Assembly (NCBI GenBank): GCA_963701855.1
Contig: CAVPBK010000006.1
Location: forward strand, 352,001 to 416,000
Source of the DNA: Nitrospirota bacterium
Lineage (GTDB): Bacteria > Nitrospirota > Nitrospiria > Nitrospirales > Nitrospiraceae
Reading direction: 5' to 3'
DNA: 64,000 nt
Shown here: positions 22,201-33,695 of the stretch, one piece after another
How positions within the stretch are numbered: position 1 is the first letter of the stretch
Layout of the letters: each line of letters begins with the position of its first letter
Notes under the pieces: generated by a model
The model's input: only the letters and a program-made list of their open reading frames with translations
Database searches by the model: none
Told to the model about the DNA's origin: nothing
Program-made: the position numbers and the translations under genes

Positions 22201-25200
22201 GAAACCATCAATACGATGGTCGAGCAGCTCCGTTCCTTCGCGTCAGAGGTCACCCGCGTGGCGCGCGAGGTCGGCACCGAGGGCCGGCTCGGCGTTCAGG
22301 CAGTAGTGCCCGGCGTCGCGGGGACCTGGAAAGATCTCACCGACTCGGTCAACACCATGGGCGCGAACCTCACCGCGCAGGTCCGCAACATCGCGGAAGT
22401 CACCACCGCCGTCGCGCGCGGCGATCTCAACCGCAAGATCACCGTCGATGTGAAAGGCGAAATCCTCGAGTTGAAGAACACGATCAATACCATGGTCGAT
22501 CAGCTCAATTCCTTCGCCGGCGAGGTGACGCGTGTGGCGCGCGAGGTCGGCACCGAGGGGAAACTCGGAGGCCAGGCGCAGGTGAGCGGCGTGGGCGGCA
22601 CCTGGAAGGACCTCACCGACAACGTCAACTTCATGGCTTCCAATCTCACCGAACAAGTCCGCGGCATCGTGAAAGTGGTCACCGCCGTGGCCAACGGCAA
22701 CCTGAGCCAGCGCTTGACCGTGCAGGCCAAAGGTGAGGTTGCCGCGCTCGCCGATACCATCAATAATATGACCGATACGCTTGCGACCTTTGCCGACCAG
22801 GTCACGAACGTGGCGCGCGAAGTCGGCGTCGACGGACGGCTCGGCGGCCAGGCCAACGTCCCCGGCGCAGCCGGCACGTGGAAGGATCTTACCGGCAATG
22901 TCAACCTGCTTGCCGCCAATCTCACCACGCAGGTGCGCGCCATTGCCGAGGTCGCCACGGCCGTCACCAAGGGTGATCTCACACGCTCCATTCAGGTGGA
23001 AACACGTGGCGAGGTGGCCGAACTGAAGGACAACATCAATACGATGATTTCCAACCTGCGCGAGACGACCGAAAGCAACCGCGAGCAGGACTGGCTCAAG
23101 ACCAACCTCGCAAAATTCAGCGGCATGCTCCAGGGCCAGCGCGAGCTGAATACGGTGGGTCGAATGCTCCTCACCGAGCTGACGCCGCTGGTCAATGCCC
23201 ATCAAGGCACCATCTACCATCTTACCGGCACAGGCGACGATCCCACACTGAACCTGCTCTCGAGCTATGCACACGGTGGAGACGAGCCACTCTTGGAACA
23301 GATATCCCTCGGCGAAGGCCTCGTCGGCCAGTGCGCAGTGGAAAAACGGCGCATCCTGCTCAATAATGTACCGCCTGATTTCATCTCAATCTCGTCCAGT
23401 CTCGGCAAGGCGCGGCAGGTGAGTATCATCGTGCTGCCCGTACTCTTCGAGGGACAGACCAAGGCAGTCATCGAGCTGGCCACGCTCCAGAGCTTCAGCG
23501 CCGGGTCACTCGCATTCCTTGAGCTGCTCACCCAAAGCATCGGCGCGGTCTTCAATACCATCGAAGCGACGATGCGAACCGAGGGTCTGCTCACGCAATC
23601 GCAACAGCTCACCGTCGAACTTCAGTCCCGCCAGTCAGAACTCCAACAGACCAACGAGGAGCTGGGCATGAAGGCCAAGCTCCTTGCCGAGCAAAACGCC
23701 GAGGTCGAGCGTAAGAACGCCGAGGTCGAGCAGGCTCGTCGCGCGCTCGAGGAAAAAGCCGCCGAGTTGGCGCTCACGTCGAAATACAAGTCCGAGTTTC
23801 TCGCGAACATGTCCCACGAGCTGCGCACGCCGCTCAATTCCATCCTTATACTCAGTCAACAGCTCGCTGGAAATACCGGAGGGAACCTCTCGGATAAGCA
23901 GGTTGAGTTCTCCCGCAACATCAACTCCTCCGGCTCCGACCTGTTGCACCTCATCAATGACATCCTGGATCTCTCAAAAATCGAATCCGGGACCGTCACC
24001 GTCGAGGTCGAAGAAATCTCTTTCGCCGGCCTGCGCGACACCATCGACCGCAACTTCCGGCACGTGGCGGAAGCCAAGAATCTGCCCTTACACGTGCACT
24101 TTGCCGAGGACCTGCCTCGATTCATGTACACCGACCCGAAGCGGCTCCAGCAAATCCTCAAGAATCTGCTCTCCAACGCCGTGAAGTTCACCGCTCACGG
24201 CCAAGTCGAGGTTCGCGTCGGTTTTTCCACGCAGGGTTGGAGCGCCGATCATCCGGTGCTCAACGCAGCCCCGCATGTCCTCTCTTTCGCCGTCGAAGAC
24301 ACCGGCATCGGAGTTGCTCCGGAAAAGCAGCGGCTCATTTTCGAGGCCTTCCAGCAGGCCGACGCCGGCACTTCCCGCAAGTACGGCGGTACCGGCCTCG
24401 GGCTCGCCATCAGTCGTGAGCTGGCCGTACTGCTCGGCGGCGAAATCAAGCTTTCGAGCGTCTTCGGGCAAGGGAGCACCTTCACGCTCTACCTGCCTCT
24501 CCACTACTCCGGCCCCGATACTGAGAGGAGCGCGCCGGCCAGCATCGCCACACTCGAGACGGCCAAGCTGCTCTCTGTCCACCTGCCAGTCGCACGCGAA
24601 GAGCACATCGAGGACGATCGCAACCAGATCGAAGAGAGCGACTCCGTTTTGCTTATAATCGAGGACGACCCGCATTATGCGCGCGTCCTCCTGGGTCTAG
24701 CCCGCGACAAGGGCTTCAAGGGCATCGTCGCCACGAAAGGCGCGCTGGGCCTATCCCTCGCCCGGCAGTTCCACCCGGTGGCCATCTCGCTCGATATTGC
24801 GCTCCCGGATATGCTCGGGTGGACGGTGCTCAATCAGCTCAAGCTCGATCCGTCTACGCGTCACATCCCGGTCCAAATCATCACCGTGGAAGAAGAACGC
24901 CATCATGGCCTCGCGCACGGGGCGTTTTCCTACCTCGTCAAAGCGCCCACCACCGAAGGCCTGAAAGCGGCGTTCGACCGGATCAAAGACTTCACTGTCC
25001 CGCGCACGAAGCGGCTTCTGATCGTCGAAGACAATGACATTGAACGCCAATCCATCGTGGAGCTGCTCGGCTATACAGACATTGAAGTGGTGGCCGTCGC
25101 CACCGGAGGCGAGGCGCTGGAGGCGATGCTTGGCATGTCGTTCGACTGCGTCGTGCTCGATCTGCGCCTACCCGACATGACCGGATTCGAACTGTTGGAG

Positions 25201-25812
25201 AAAGTGCACGCAGAACCGACCCTGACGGACGTACCTGTGGTCGTCTTCACCGGCAAGGAGTTGACCGACGAAGAACAGTTGCGGCTCAAAGCGATGGCTA
25301 AGAGCATTGTCCTCAAAGACGTCCAATCACCCGAGCGGCTGCTGGACGAGACCGCTCTCTTCCTTCACCGAATCGTCACCGACTTGCCGGAAGAGAAGCA
25401 GAAGATGCTCGATCGGCTTCACGGCTCCAATGAAATCCTGCGCGGCAGGAAGGTCCTCGTGGTCGATGACGACGTACGTAACATCTTCGCCTTAACCTCG
25501 CTACTCGAAAACCAGGAGATGGACGTGGTCAGCGCAACCAATGGCCGCAACGCCATCGACCTCATTCAGAACACGCCAGACCTGAGCATCGTGCTTATGG
25601 ATATCATGATGCCGGAAATGGATGGCTATGAGACAATGCGCGAAATTCGAAAAGTCCAGGAATTCCGCACCGTCCCGATCCTTGCCCTCACAGCAAAAGC
25701 CATGAAAGGCGATCGCGAGAAGTGCCTCAACGCCGGCGCGAGCGATTACATCGCCAAGCCGGTGAATACGGACCAACTGCTGTCACTGATGCGGGTATGG
25801 CTTTTCAGGTAA
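19207..25812 (+). CDS. poly-HAMP (group III/Nik1-like) hybrid histidine kinase: HAMP repeats-GAF-HisKA-HATPase-3xREC
   Basis: About 13 tandem 92-aa EV(T/S)RVAREVG..G.LGGQA units; [21 protein letters not shown] and GGTGLGL boxes; three receivers; no TM. Confidence 0.95.
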   Translation: MNETSILPSRKKQPSEAVLGNGKPGRQKTRHILSKDSSEAHSRLILATIVAFRDGDFSVRLPAGWTGMDAQIAEAFNQTIAQKEHILKEVTRLSATVGKEGRLRERMSLPGAVGAWATEVDSINTLIDDLVRPTTEIARTIGAVAKGDLDRSMELEVDGRLLKGEFLRSAKLVNTMIDQLSVFTSEVTRVAREVGTEGKLGGQARVKGVSGVWKELTDSVNQMAGNLTAQVRNIADVTIAVANGDLSKKITVDVRGEILQLKEAINTMVDQLRSFASEVTRVAREVGTDGRLGGQAVVPGVAGTWKDLTDSVNAMATNLTAQVRNIATVTTAVARGDLSRKITVDVKGEILELKETINTMVEQLRSFASEVTRVAREVGTEGKLGGQAQVPGVAGTWKDLTDNVNSMANNLTGQVRNIADVATAIAKGDLSSKITVEVKGEILELKNTINTMVDQLNAFASEVTRVAREVGTEGKLGGQAQVGGVGGTWKDLTDNVNFMASNLTGQVRNIADVATAIAKGDLSSKITVEVKGEILTLKNTLNTMVDQLNAFAGEVSRVAREVGTDGKLGGQAQVPGVAGTWKDLTDNVNSMANNLTGQVRNIADVTTAVARGDLSRKITVDVRGEILELKETINTMVDQLRSFAGEVSRVAREVGTDGKLGGQAQVPGVAGTWKDLTDNVNSMANNLTGQVRNIADVATAIAKGDLSSKITVEVKGEILTLKNTLNTMVDQLNAFAGEVSRVAREVGTEGKLGGQAQVPGVAGTWKDLTDNVNSMANNLTGQVRNIADVTTAVARGDLSRKITVEVKGEILELKNTINTMVDQLNGFASEVTRVAREVGTEGKLGGQAQVPGVAGTWKDLTDNVNSMANNLTSQVRNIADVATAVANGDLSRKITVDVRGEILQLKETINTMVEQLNSFAGEVSRVAREVGTEGKLGGQALVKGVGGTWKDLTDNVNSMANNLTGQVRNIAEVTIAVANGDLSRKITVDVRGEILQLKETINTMVEQLRSFASEVTRVAREVGTEGRLGVQAVVPGVAGTWKDLTDSVNTMGANLTAQVRNIAEVTTAVARGDLNRKITVDVKGEILELKNTINTMVDQLNSFAGEVTRVAREVGTEGKLGGQAQVSGVGGTWKDLTDNVNFMASNLTEQVRGIVKVVTAVANGNLSQRLTVQAKGEVAALADTINNMTDTLATFADQVTNVAREVGVDGRLGGQANVPGAAGTWKDLTGNVNLLAANLTTQVRAIAEVATAVTKGDLTRSIQVETRGEVAELKDNINTMISNLRETTESNREQDWLKTNLAKFSGMLQGQRELNTVGRMLLTELTPLVNAHQGTIYHLTGTGDDPTLNLLSSYAHGGDEPLLEQISLGEGLVGQCAVEKRRILLNNVPPDFISISSSLGKARQVSIIVLPVLFEGQTKAVIELATLQSFSAGSLAFLELLTQSIGAVFNTIEATMRTEGLLTQSQQLTVELQSRQSELQQTNEELGMKAKLLAEQNAEVERKNAEVEQARRALEEKAAELALTSKYKSEFLANMSHELRTPLNSILILSQQLAGNTGGNLSDKQVEFSRNINSSGSDLLHLINDILDLSKIESGTVTVEVEEISFAGLRDTIDRNFRHVAEAKNLPLHVHFAEDLPRFMYTDPKRLQQILKNLLSNAVKFTAHGQVEVRVGFSTQGWSADHPVLNAAPHVLSFAVEDTGIGVAPEKQRLIFEAFQQADAGTSRKYGGTGLGLAISRELAVLLGGEIKLSSVFGQGSTFTLYLPLHYSGPDTERSAPASIATLETAKLLSVHLPVAREEHIEDDRNQIEESDSVLLIIEDDPHYARVLLGLARDKGFKGIVATKGALGLSLARQFHPVAISLDIALPDMLGWTVLNQLKLDPSTRHIPVQIITVEEERHHGLAHGAFSYLVKAPTTEGLKAAFDRIKDFTVPRTKRLLIVEDNDIERQSIVELLGYTDIEVVAVATGGEALEAMLGMSFDCVVLDLRLPDMTGFELLEKVHAEPTLTDVPVVVFTGKELTDEEQLRLKAMAKSIVLKDVQSPERLLDETALFLHRIVTDLPEEKQKMLDRLHGSNEILRGRKVLVVDDDVRNIFALTSLLENQEMDVVSATNGRNAIDLIQNTPDLSIVLMDIMMPEMDGYETMREIRKVQEFRTVPILALTAKAMKGDREKCLNAGASDYIAKPVNTDQLLSLMRVWLFR
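19480..23060 (+). repeat. coding tandem repeat, 276-bp unit (HAMP array)
   Basis: GTGGCGCGCGAGGTCGGCACCGA-type motif recurs every 276 nt. Confidence 0.9.
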
Positions 25813-25841
25813 ACGAGATCGAGGAATAAAGAGGCCACATC

Positions 25842-28340
25842 ATGAACATTGACACCAACTCACCGTCGACCGACGCCCAGGTGCAAGATCTGCACTCCCA
25901 ACGTCGGTCCCCTGCCGTGGCTCTAGCGTCCGCCGGTCTCGCGGGCCCCATCAACATCCTGATCGTAGACGATGAACCGAAAAATCTTACCGTGCTCGAA
26001 ACCGTCCTTGACGCTCCGGATTACCGGCTGGTCCGGGCCGGATCCGCTGACCAGGCATTGCACGCGCTCGTCATGGAGGAATTCGCCCTTCTCATCCTGG
26101 ATATCCGGTTGCCCGGTATGACCGGTTTCGAGCTGGCCCAGATGATCAAGCAGCGGAAGAAGACCGCCGACGTGCCGATCATCTTCCTGACCGCCTACTA
26201 CAACGAAGACCAGCATGTGCTCGAAGGCTACGGGACCGGCGCGGTGGACTACCTCGTCAAGCCGGTGAACCCCGCCATCCTTCGCTCGAAGGTTGCCGTT
26301 TTTGCCGAACTGCACAGGAAGAGCCGTGCCCTGCTTACCGAAGTAACCGAGCGCCGCCGAGTCGAAGAGCAACTGCGCGAGCTGAATGACACGCTTGAGC
26401 AGCGCGTGACTGAACGCACGCACGCACTGCAGATAGCCAGTGCCGCCCTGCACGAGACCGGCGAACAATACCGTTCCCTCTTCGACGGCAGCCTCGACGC
26501 GATCTTTTTCCTTGACGCCGACGAACGCTTCAAGGCGGCCAATCCCGCCGCGCTCCGGCTCATCACTCGCACATTCGAGGAGCTCAAGACCATCCCCTTC
26601 TTGGACCTCTGCGCGCCCGATCAGCGAGAAACCGTGAGGCAGGAATTTCACGACGCCTTTCGCCGCCAGGGCTTCGCGATTGACACAGCCTTAGTCACCG
26701 TCACCGGTGAGCGCCGCGATCTATTCATCAGCGGGACACCGGAAATCCAGGATGGGAAAGTCGTCGGTATCTCGTGCATCGCGCGAGACATTACCCAGCG
26801 CATCAAAACCGAAGAGGCGTTACGTCTCAGCGAAGCCCGTTATCGGGAACTCATTCAAGCTCTTCCAGCTGCTGTGTACACCACCGACGAGCGAGGCCGT
26901 ATTACGCTCTACAACCAGGCAGCCGTCACCTTGTGGGGGCGTGACCCGGAAGTCGGCAAGGATTTGTGGTGCGGATCGTGGAAGATCTTTCGGCCAGACG
27001 GCACCCCAATTCCCTTGGACGAATGTCCGATGGCTGTCACATTACGTGAAGGGCGGGCGATTCGGGGCGAAGAGATCGTCATCGAACGGCCCGACGGCAC
27101 AAGACGCCATGTGCTGCCGCATCCCGAACCGATGCGGAACGCTCAGGGCGTGGTCATCGGGGCCATTAATATGCTGGTGGACATTACCGACCGCAAGCAG
27201 GCGGAGCGCGCCATGGTGCATTTGGCGGCGATTGTGATGTCTTCTGAGGATGCGATCATCAGCAAGAATTTGCAGGGTAACGTGACCAGTTGGAACGGAG
27301 CAGCAGAACGGTTGTTCGGATATACGGCGGACGAAATGATTGGACAACCGGTGAGTCGCCTCATTCCTTCGGATCTACAGGATGAAGAAACGGGCATTCT
27401 CCAGCGGATCAGACGAGGCGAATCGATCGAGCAATACGAAACGATCCGGGTGAGAAAAGATGGAACCGCTTTCCCCATCTCCCTGACCGTCTCGCCTCTG
27501 ATCGATCTTCATGGCAGGATCATCGGAGCCTCGAAAATCGCCCGGAATATCACGGAGCAGAAACGCGTGGAAGAGGCGCTACGGGAGCGCGATCGCACCT
27601 TGACGATGGTGAACGACGCCTTGAAGAAACAGGCGGTGGCGCTGGCCGAAGCCAACAAGGAGCTGGAAGGATTTTCCTATTCGGTCTCGCACGACTTGCG
27701 GGCTCCGCTGCGCACCATCGATGCCTTCAGCCGCATCGTGGAAGAAGAACATGGCCCTCGCCTGGACGACGAAGGGCGTCGCAGCCTCACCATCATTCGG
27801 AAGGCAGTTGGTCAGGCGGGTGAACTGATCGACGATCTGCTCGAATTCTCCAAACTGGGCCGTCAAGGCATGACTTTCCGTTTGGTCAAGATGGCAGACT
27901 TGGCACGGGAAGCAGCGGATGATTTGAAGATCATGCAGGAAGGCCGGCAGGTTGATCTGAACGTTGGGAACTTGCCCTCCTGCCAGGGAGACCGTCGGTT
28001 TCTGAAACTCGTCTGGATGAATTTGCTCACCAATGCCTTCAAGTACACCAAGAATCGGAAAGAGACCAGGATCGAAGTTGGATGGATGCCGGATGACGCG
28101 AGCCCGGAGTCGGTGATCTACTATGTCAAGGACAACGGCATTGGGTTCAACATGGCCTATGCGCACAAATTGTTCGGAGTGTTCCAACGGTTACATCGGA
28201 GAGAGGATTTCGACGGCACCGGAGTAGGATTGGCCGTTGTCCAGCGCATTGTCCAACGCCATGATGGGCGGGTCTGGGCTGAAGGCAAGGTGGACGAGGG
28301 CGCCACATTCTTTGTGTCCCTCCGAAAGGCGATCGCGTGA
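25842..28340 (+). CDS. REC-PAS x3 sensor histidine kinase
   Basis: N-terminal REC, three PAS/PAC domains, FSYSVSHDLRAPLR H-box, HATPase. Confidence 0.92.
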   Translation: MNIDTNSPSTDAQVQDLHSQRRSPAVALASAGLAGPINILIVDDEPKNLTVLETVLDAPDYRLVRAGSADQALHALVMEEFALLILDIRLPGMTGFELAQMIKQRKKTADVPIIFLTAYYNEDQHVLEGYGTGAVDYLVKPVNPAILRSKVAVFAELHRKSRALLTEVTERRRVEEQLRELNDTLEQRVTERTHALQIASAALHETGEQYRSLFDGSLDAIFFLDADERFKAANPAALRLITRTFEELKTIPFLDLCAPDQRETVRQEFHDAFRRQGFAIDTALVTVTGERRDLFISGTPEIQDGKVVGISCIARDITQRIKTEEALRLSEARYRELIQALPAAVYTTDERGRITLYNQAAVTLWGRDPEVGKDLWCGSWKIFRPDGTPIPLDECPMAVTLREGRAIRGEEIVIERPDGTRRHVLPHPEPMRNAQGVVIGAINMLVDITDRKQAERAMVHLAAIVMSSEDAIISKNLQGNVTSWNGAAERLFGYTADEMIGQPVSRLIPSDLQDEETGILQRIRRGESIEQYETIRVRKDGTAFPISLTVSPLIDLHGRIIGASKIARNITEQKRVEEALRERDRTLTMVNDALKKQAVALAEANKELEGFSYSVSHDLRAPLRTIDAFSRIVEEEHGPRLDDEGRRSLTIIRKAVGQAGELIDDLLEFSKLGRQGMTFRLVKMADLAREAADDLKIMQEGRQVDLNVGNLPSCQGDRRFLKLVWMNLLTNAFKYTKNRKETRIEVGWMPDDASPESVIYYVKDNGIGFNMAYAHKLFGVFQRLHRREDFDGTGVGLAVVQRIVQRHDGRVWAEGKVDEGATFFVSLRKAIA

Positions 28341-28804
28341 GGAATGGGATGGAGATATTGTTGATCGAAGACAGTGCCGAAGATGTGGAAATCACATTGC
28401 GGGCATTTCGGAAATATGATTTGGCGAACAAGGTTCACGTGGTGCGTGACGGTGAGGAGGCATTGGAATGTCTCTTCAGCACAGGGAGGTATGCCGGGCA
28501 GGCGGTCTGCTCGAATACCCGGTTGATTCTGCTTGACCTCAAACTCCCAAAAGTCGACGGCAATGAAGTTTTGCAACGGTGTAAATCCGACCCGCGGACC
28601 AAGAACATTCCCGTTGTGGTTCTCACGTCTTCCAGAGAAGAACGCGATCTGACCGATACATACAATCTCGGCGTGAATAGTTATGTCGTCAAGCCGCTCG
28701 ATTTTTCTCAATTCACCGATGCGATTCGGCAAGTGAGTCTGTATTGGATGGGGTTGAATCAACTCCCGCCGGAGCCTGTCTCTGCGAGGGAGCAAGGCCG
28801 GTGA
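28337..28804 (+). CDS. single-domain response regulator (Rcp1-like)
   Basis: LLDLKLPKVDG, VLTSS and NSYVVKP motifs; GTGA overlap with the kinase. Confidence 0.9.
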   Translation: MRNGMEILLIEDSAEDVEITLRAFRKYDLANKVHVVRDGEEALECLFSTGRYAGQAVCSNTRLILLDLKLPKVDGNEVLQRCKSDPRTKNIPVVVLTSSREERDLTDTYNLGVNSYVVKPLDFSQFTDAIRQVSLYWMGLNQLPPEPVSAREQGR

Positions 28805-28839
28805 TCCTCAGTGACTATGTAACGACGGAGGCTACACGT

Positions 28840-30600
28840 ATGGCCGACTTACGCGTCTTGATCGTCGAAGACGATCCGTTGGACGCAGAATTGACCGTCC
28901 GGGAACTGCAGAAAAGCGGCTACGATCCTGAGTGGCAGCGGGTCGATACGCAGGCGGAATTCATGAATCGCCTGACCCAAGATCCGCCGGACGTCATCAT
29001 TTCAGACCATGTCATGCCGCAGTTCAGCTCGGCGGAAGCATTGCGCTGTCTTCACAATTGCCGGCTGGCGATTCCCTTCATCGTCGTGTCCCACGCCATC
29101 GGGGACGAGGAGGCTGTGGGACTGATGCGCAACGGCGCGTCCGACTATATCCTCAAGGACCGGATGGCCCGCTTGGGCGAGGCGGTGCGGCATGTCTTGG
29201 AAAAACGGCAGTTACGCTCCCAATACGCCGAAGCGCAGGAAGATCTGCGGCTCCTCAACCAGGAGCTGGAAAGGCGGATCGTTGAGAGGACAGCTGAACT
29301 CGAGGTTGCGAATAGCGCGCTGGCACGCGAACTCTCCGAGCGGAGGCAAATCGAAGAGCAACTTCGCCAGCTGACCGGCACGCTCGAAGAGCGGGTCAAG
29401 GAACGAACCCGGCAGCTTTCGACCTCTTACACCAGACTCCGCGCCCTCGCAACAGACTTGACGGTTGCTGAACAGACGGAACGGCGCCGGCTTGCGATTG
29501 AGTTGCACGACTATTTAGCCCAGATACTTGTCGTGAGTCGCATGAAAGTGGCTCAGCTGCTGACACAGGATCACGATCCTGAAGTGCGTAAGACTCTGCA
29601 GGGCGTCGATCAGTTGCTACATCAATCGCTCGACTACACTCGGTCGCTGGTATCCGAGCTGACACCTCAGGCTCTGTACGAGAGTGGGCTGGGTGCCGCC
29701 ATCCGATGGCTGGGGGATCAGATGCGCAGGCAAGCGGTGCTGAACGTAGAGATTGACATCGACACACCCGAGCTGCCTTTGCCTGAGGCGGATGCGGTGC
29801 TGCTGTTCCACTCGATTCGCGAATTGTTATTCAATGTGCTCAAACATGGGAAAATCAATCGTGCATCCGTATCCATGCAGTATGCCCAGAATGTCTTGTC
29901 CGTCATCGTGTCGGACCGGGGATGCGGATTCGATGTGTCACGATTGAGCGAAGATCATTCCGATCGGTTCGGCCTGTTGAGTATTCGGGAACGAATGACG
30001 GCACTCGGGGGGAGCTTCGATCTGCAATCGGTACCGGGAAAGGGTACGGTTGCGTCGCTCCACCTGCCTGTGACAGCGTCCAGCGAACGCATTGATGCCG
30101 AAGCAGTGAATCCCTCTTTCGAGAACGCGGCGTCCCGGAAAACCTTCGAGCCGGACTTGGTCCCCCCTTCTTCCGGCGAGCCGAATGCCGTGACTCCGCT
30201 TCGGGTGCTGATCGTCGACGATCACCAAATGGTTCGAGAAGGTTTGTGCTCTATTTTAAGCGAGTATGCCGACTTGGCGGTGATCGGAGAGGCTTCGACC
30301 GGAGAGCAAGCGCTTGAATTGGCCGGCACGCTGATGCCCCAAGTCGTCATTATGGACATGCATATGCCTGGTTGGAATGGGGCTGAATCTACCAGGCGGA
30401 TTTTGAAAGAACACCCCGCGATTGTTGTAATTGGGTTGTCCATTCAAACCGATTCGCATGTATCCGATTCCATGCTGGCTGCCGGGGCCGCAGGGTTCTT
30501 GCCGAAGGAAACGATTGGGAGCGAACTGTATTCCACGATTCAAACGGCTGTCCGTCGTATGAAATCCCGCACGCCTAGCAGCTCTCAACTCCCCGTCTAA
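28840..30600 (+). CDS. REC-HisKA_3 (NarX-type)-HATPase-REC hybrid kinase
   Basis: ERRRLAIELHD, RELLFNVLKH and FGLLSIRER motifs; alternative GTG start at 28801. Confidence 0.9.
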   Translation: MADLRVLIVEDDPLDAELTVRELQKSGYDPEWQRVDTQAEFMNRLTQDPPDVIISDHVMPQFSSAEALRCLHNCRLAIPFIVVSHAIGDEEAVGLMRNGASDYILKDRMARLGEAVRHVLEKRQLRSQYAEAQEDLRLLNQELERRIVERTAELEVANSALARELSERRQIEEQLRQLTGTLEERVKERTRQLSTSYTRLRALATDLTVAEQTERRRLAIELHDYLAQILVVSRMKVAQLLTQDHDPEVRKTLQGVDQLLHQSLDYTRSLVSELTPQALYESGLGAAIRWLGDQMRRQAVLNVEIDIDTPELPLPEADAVLLFHSIRELLFNVLKHGKINRASVSMQYAQNVLSVIVSDRGCGFDVSRLSEDHSDRFGLLSIRERMTALGGSFDLQSVPGKGTVASLHLPVTASSERIDAEAVNPSFENAASRKTFEPDLVPPSSGEPNAVTPLRVLIVDDHQMVREGLCSILSEYADLAVIGEASTGEQALELAGTLMPQVVIMDMHMPGWNGAESTRRILKEHPAIVVIGLSIQTDSHVSDSMLAAGAAGFLPKETIGSELYSTIQTAVRRMKSRTPSSSQLPV

Positions 30601-30662
30601 GGGCTACAGGAGGGTCGGTGTGAATTGACCTCATCCGCACCCTCCGCCAGAACTGCCTTTCG

Positions 30663-30827
30663 TTATGCAGGAGGCCGCTTGCCCATGACGAGACTGACGA
30701 TGGCGACGATGACGAATATGACAAACAGCACATAGGCAATATAGGTCGCCGTACCAGCGACCCCAGTGACCCCCAAGAGCGCTGCGACCAGCCCAACGAT
30801 GAGAAATGTCACGGCCCAGTGCAGCAT
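30663..30827 (-). CDS. DUF1328 (YtjA/UPF0391-like) small membrane protein, 54 aa; not in the ORF track
   Basis: MLHWAVTFLIVGLVAALLGVTGVAGTATYIAYVLFVIF; AAGGAGG RBS. Confidence 0.85.
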   Translation of the reverse strand: MLHWAVTFLIVGLVAALLGVTGVAGTATYIAYVLFVIFVIVAIVSLVMGKRPPA

Positions 30828-30925
30828 GATAAGACCTCCTTGGATAGAAATTGCTTAACAAGATCCGAGGTGACATCGTTAGGATTGCATGGATCAATGT
30901 ACCTCCTAAGGAATTCCCGATTGGA

Positions 30926-31285
30926 TTACGGCGTAATGTTATGGGAAGCCTTGTTCTGTTCGAACCAATCATCGATCCATTTTCTCACTTCATCCTTCCG
31001 ATCTCCGTAGCGCTCCTGAATCTTCCCTTCTAGCTTATCGTGACTTCCCTCGATATAGAGGATGTCGTCGTCTGTGAAATTGCCCCATTTCTTTTTCAGT
31101 TCACCTTTGAATTGTTTCCATTTGCCTTTCAGTTGATCCTCATTAAGTACCAGTACAATTGGGACACCTGTACCGGAGATCGAAAGTCCCTTCTGATGCC
31201 ACGCCGCCGCCGACATCGGCGATGCGGCGACTGCCACGACGCACATCCCAAGAGCAACCATCAGGATTCGAGTAATATTATTCAT
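30926..31285 (-). CDS. CsbD-family stress protein with N-terminal signal peptide
   Basis: NEDQLKGKWKQFKGELKKKWG.FTDDD...GKIQERYG; AAGGAG RBS. Confidence 0.85.
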   Translation of the reverse strand: MNNITRILMVALGMCVVAVAASPMSAAAWHQKGLSISGTGVPIVLVLNEDQLKGKWKQFKGELKKKWGNFTDDDILYIEGSHDKLEGKIQERYGDRKDEVRKWIDDWFEQNKASHNITP

Positions 31286-31377
31286 GGTGTCTCCTTTGAT
31301 TGAAGAGGGTGCGGTCGGATGGTCATCCAACCGTACCCGTGGTTGTCACTTCAAAAGAGCGGAGCGAACATGTTGAA

Positions 31378-31611
31378 CTACTTTCGCTCCAACGCTCCGG
31401 CCGTATTCTGAGTCTGAACAGAACGGTACCAGTCATCTGCCCACCGACTGATCTCGTCCTTCCGGTCGGCATATCGCCTCTGGATCGCTCCCTTGAACTT
31501 GTCGTAGTCCCCTTCGATCTTCATGAGATCGTCGTCCGTGAACGCGCCCCACTGTTTCTTGAGTTCACCTTTGAATTCGTTCCATTTACCTTTGAAATGG
31601 TCGGCATTCAT
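31378..31611 (-). CDS. CsbD-family (YjbJ-like) stress protein
   Basis: KGKWNEFKGELKKQWGAFTDDD motif; AGGAGGAG RBS. Confidence 0.9.
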   Translation of the reverse strand: MNADHFKGKWNEFKGELKKQWGAFTDDDLMKIEGDYDKFKGAIQRRYADRKDEISRWADDWYRSVQTQNTAGALERK

Positions 31612-32238
31612 GTCTCTCCTCCTTATCGTTATTATGTGACGGGGTTTTGGTGTCCTTCACTCCAACATCGGAACTTTCCCGATTGATAGAAACTCGCTGA
31701 GTCTGTCCGTCCTGGAGAGGAACCATCTTGAGAAAAATCTCCACTGACTCCTCCCAATCCTGAAGGATACTTGACTGTCGGTACCTCCCTGGAGACTTCT
31801 ACATGCATGACTCGACTCTCTCACTCTCTTGATACAGGTATACCCTGGTCAAGGAATGCAGAAGACTGGCTTGTTCCCTAGTTCATCGAGAAGGCAACCC
31901 GAGTTCTCGATTCGAAGGTATTGCCTTACTCTCATTAGGGCACGGGCCCTAACTATAAGTTTTGACCAACGCAGCGGTTCGAAGAATGGGTGTGTGCGGA
32001 GGGCAGAAACGTTAAGGGAACAGGAGGAAACTGTCGGAGTCGAGGAAACATGCCGCTCCACCGACAGAACAGCATGGAGGAACATTCTTCTAGCCTCTGA
32101 AGGCTCAAAGGATCTTGAGCATGTTCATCTTCGGATTAGATTTCTTCCGCCGACCGATACGTGATGAGATTGTCGACAGTCACAAGCACTCTCCGCCATG
32201 AAACTCCCGATAGACCAGCAGGCACTTTTGACGTCGGC

Positions 32239-32323
32239 CTATCGGAGGATACCGAAGGCCCAGAGAATGACGAGCACAGTGAACGGCACGCCTAGCAGCC
32301 AGAGAATGAACCATTTTCCCCAT
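32239..32323 (-). pseudogene. tiny membrane peptide (MGKWFILWLLGVPFTVLVILWAFGILR) with one extra base near the start
   Basis: GAGG RBS plus ATG; the hydrophobic frame is reached only by removing one base from GGGGAAAA. Confidence 0.4.
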
Positions 32324-32347
32324 GATAGCCTCTCATTTTCTGTTCGG

Positions 32348-32985
32348 CTAACGACCCGGATCATGAGTCTGTGCGTGCGCGCCCAACTCCTTCAGGAGGC
32401 TGGCCAAGTCCTCTGCATGCTCCTCTTCTTGCGCAAGGATCCCCTCCAAGACTTTACGAGTCGTGGGATCATCCGTGCCGACATAGGTGATCATTTCACG
32501 ATAGCTGTCGATCGCAATCCGTTCGGCAATCAAGTTTTCCGTGATCATCTCCACCAAGGACGTGCCTTCGACATATTCCGAGTGGCTACGGCTCAGCAGC
32601 CCTTCCGGGGACAGATTCGGCTCCCCCCGAGTTGGACAATGCGTTCGGCCAATTGATCGGCATGGGTTTGCTCTTCTGTGGCATGCTGGAGAAACTCCTC
32701 CTTCACGCTACGAGAACTGAGCCCGGTGGCCATGAAGTAATGGCGCTTATAGCGCAGGACGCACACGATTTCTGTGGCGAGGGCTTCATTGAGCAGCGTG
32801 ATGACCGTCTCCGCTTTGGCCTTGTATCCCGCGGTCATGGCGCCGTCCTCCATCCCTTGGCGCGCCCGAGTCCGGAGCATCTTGACATCGGTCAGACCGA
32901 TGGCTTCGTTGACGACTCCTTCCTGTCGGGAAGTACGCGACATGGTGGCTTCAGATTGTGCGGTTGTTGATGAAGCTGTTTTCAC
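32348..32985 (-). pseudogene. bacterioferritin/ferritin-like protein, frameshifted in a G6 run (about 32623-32628)
   Basis: LNEALATE, EEQTHAD in one frame; ENLIAERIAIDSY and QEEEHAEDL in the next; one extra G restores LGGEPNLSPEGL. Confidence 0.85.
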
Positions 32986-33035
32986 AGTTCCCTCCTTTCG
33001 GGGAGTTCCCCGTTTCTTATCCTGCCGATCACGAA

Positions 33036-33695
33036 TCACCCAAGTCGTTCCTGGCCCCCTCGGGCGGCTTCCATCAAAGCCCGCTCGCCGAACTGCAACC
33101 GCCTCTCCACAGACTTCCAATCGATGTTTGCGAAAAACGCCTCAATATAGGACGCCCTTTCTGCAGGTTTGTAATCGAGAAGATACGCGTGTTCCCACAC
33201 ATCCATGACGAGGATCGGAATGAACCCCGCCACATGTCCATGTTCATGAAGACTGACCCAGTGGTTGGAAAGTCGGCCATTGTGTGGATCCAAATAACAC
33301 ATGGCCCAGCCCACTCCTCGCATCTTCCCCACGCTGGAAAAATCCAATTTCCACATATCATAGGTGCCGAAACTGTCTTCTGCCGCATTCACAAACGCCG
33401 AGCCTCGATCGGGCTTTGTAGTTCCAGTATTCTGCAAATTTTCGAAGTAATATTCGTGCAAGACCATTCCGTTGTACTCAAACCCTAAACGGCGTGTCAG
33501 TTCCGAATAGGCAGGCATTTCTTCATGATCAATCCAGCCATCTTTAAGCATTTCTCCAATCTCGGCCGTCAGCTGGTTCGCGCTCTGAACGTATCCCTCA
33601 TAGAGCTTGAGATGCATCTCAAGCGTGCGGTCGGAAATCCCGACCAGCCCGTGTAAGTTAAACGGCCTGACGTCGTAGGTGCCTCCCATTTTCAT
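33036..33695 (-). CDS. Fe/Mn superoxide dismutase family protein (divergent, ChrC-like)
   Basis: MHLKLY, NGMVLHEYYF, GVGWA and DVWEHAY motifs; AGGAGG RBS. Confidence 0.85.
   Translation of the reverse strand: MKMGGTYDVRPFNLHGLVGISDRTLEMHLKLYEGYVQSANQLTAEIGEMLKDGWIDHEEMPAYSELTRRLGFEYNGMVLHEYYFENLQNTGTTKPDRGSAFVNAAEDSFGTYDMWKLDFSSVGKMRGVGWAMCYLDPHNGRLSNHWVSLHEHGHVAGFIPILVMDVWEHAYLLDYKPAERASYIEAFFANIDWKSVERRLQFGERALMEAARGGQERLG

Noticed and set aside
19480..23060. Regular repeats as a CRISPR array or mobile repeat
   Set aside because: The 276-bp in-frame units encode HAMP domains; no unique spacers and no cas genes.
19711..23274. Long minus-strand ORFs (up to 364 aa)
   Set aside because: Antisense shadows of the GC-rich repetitive kinase gene.
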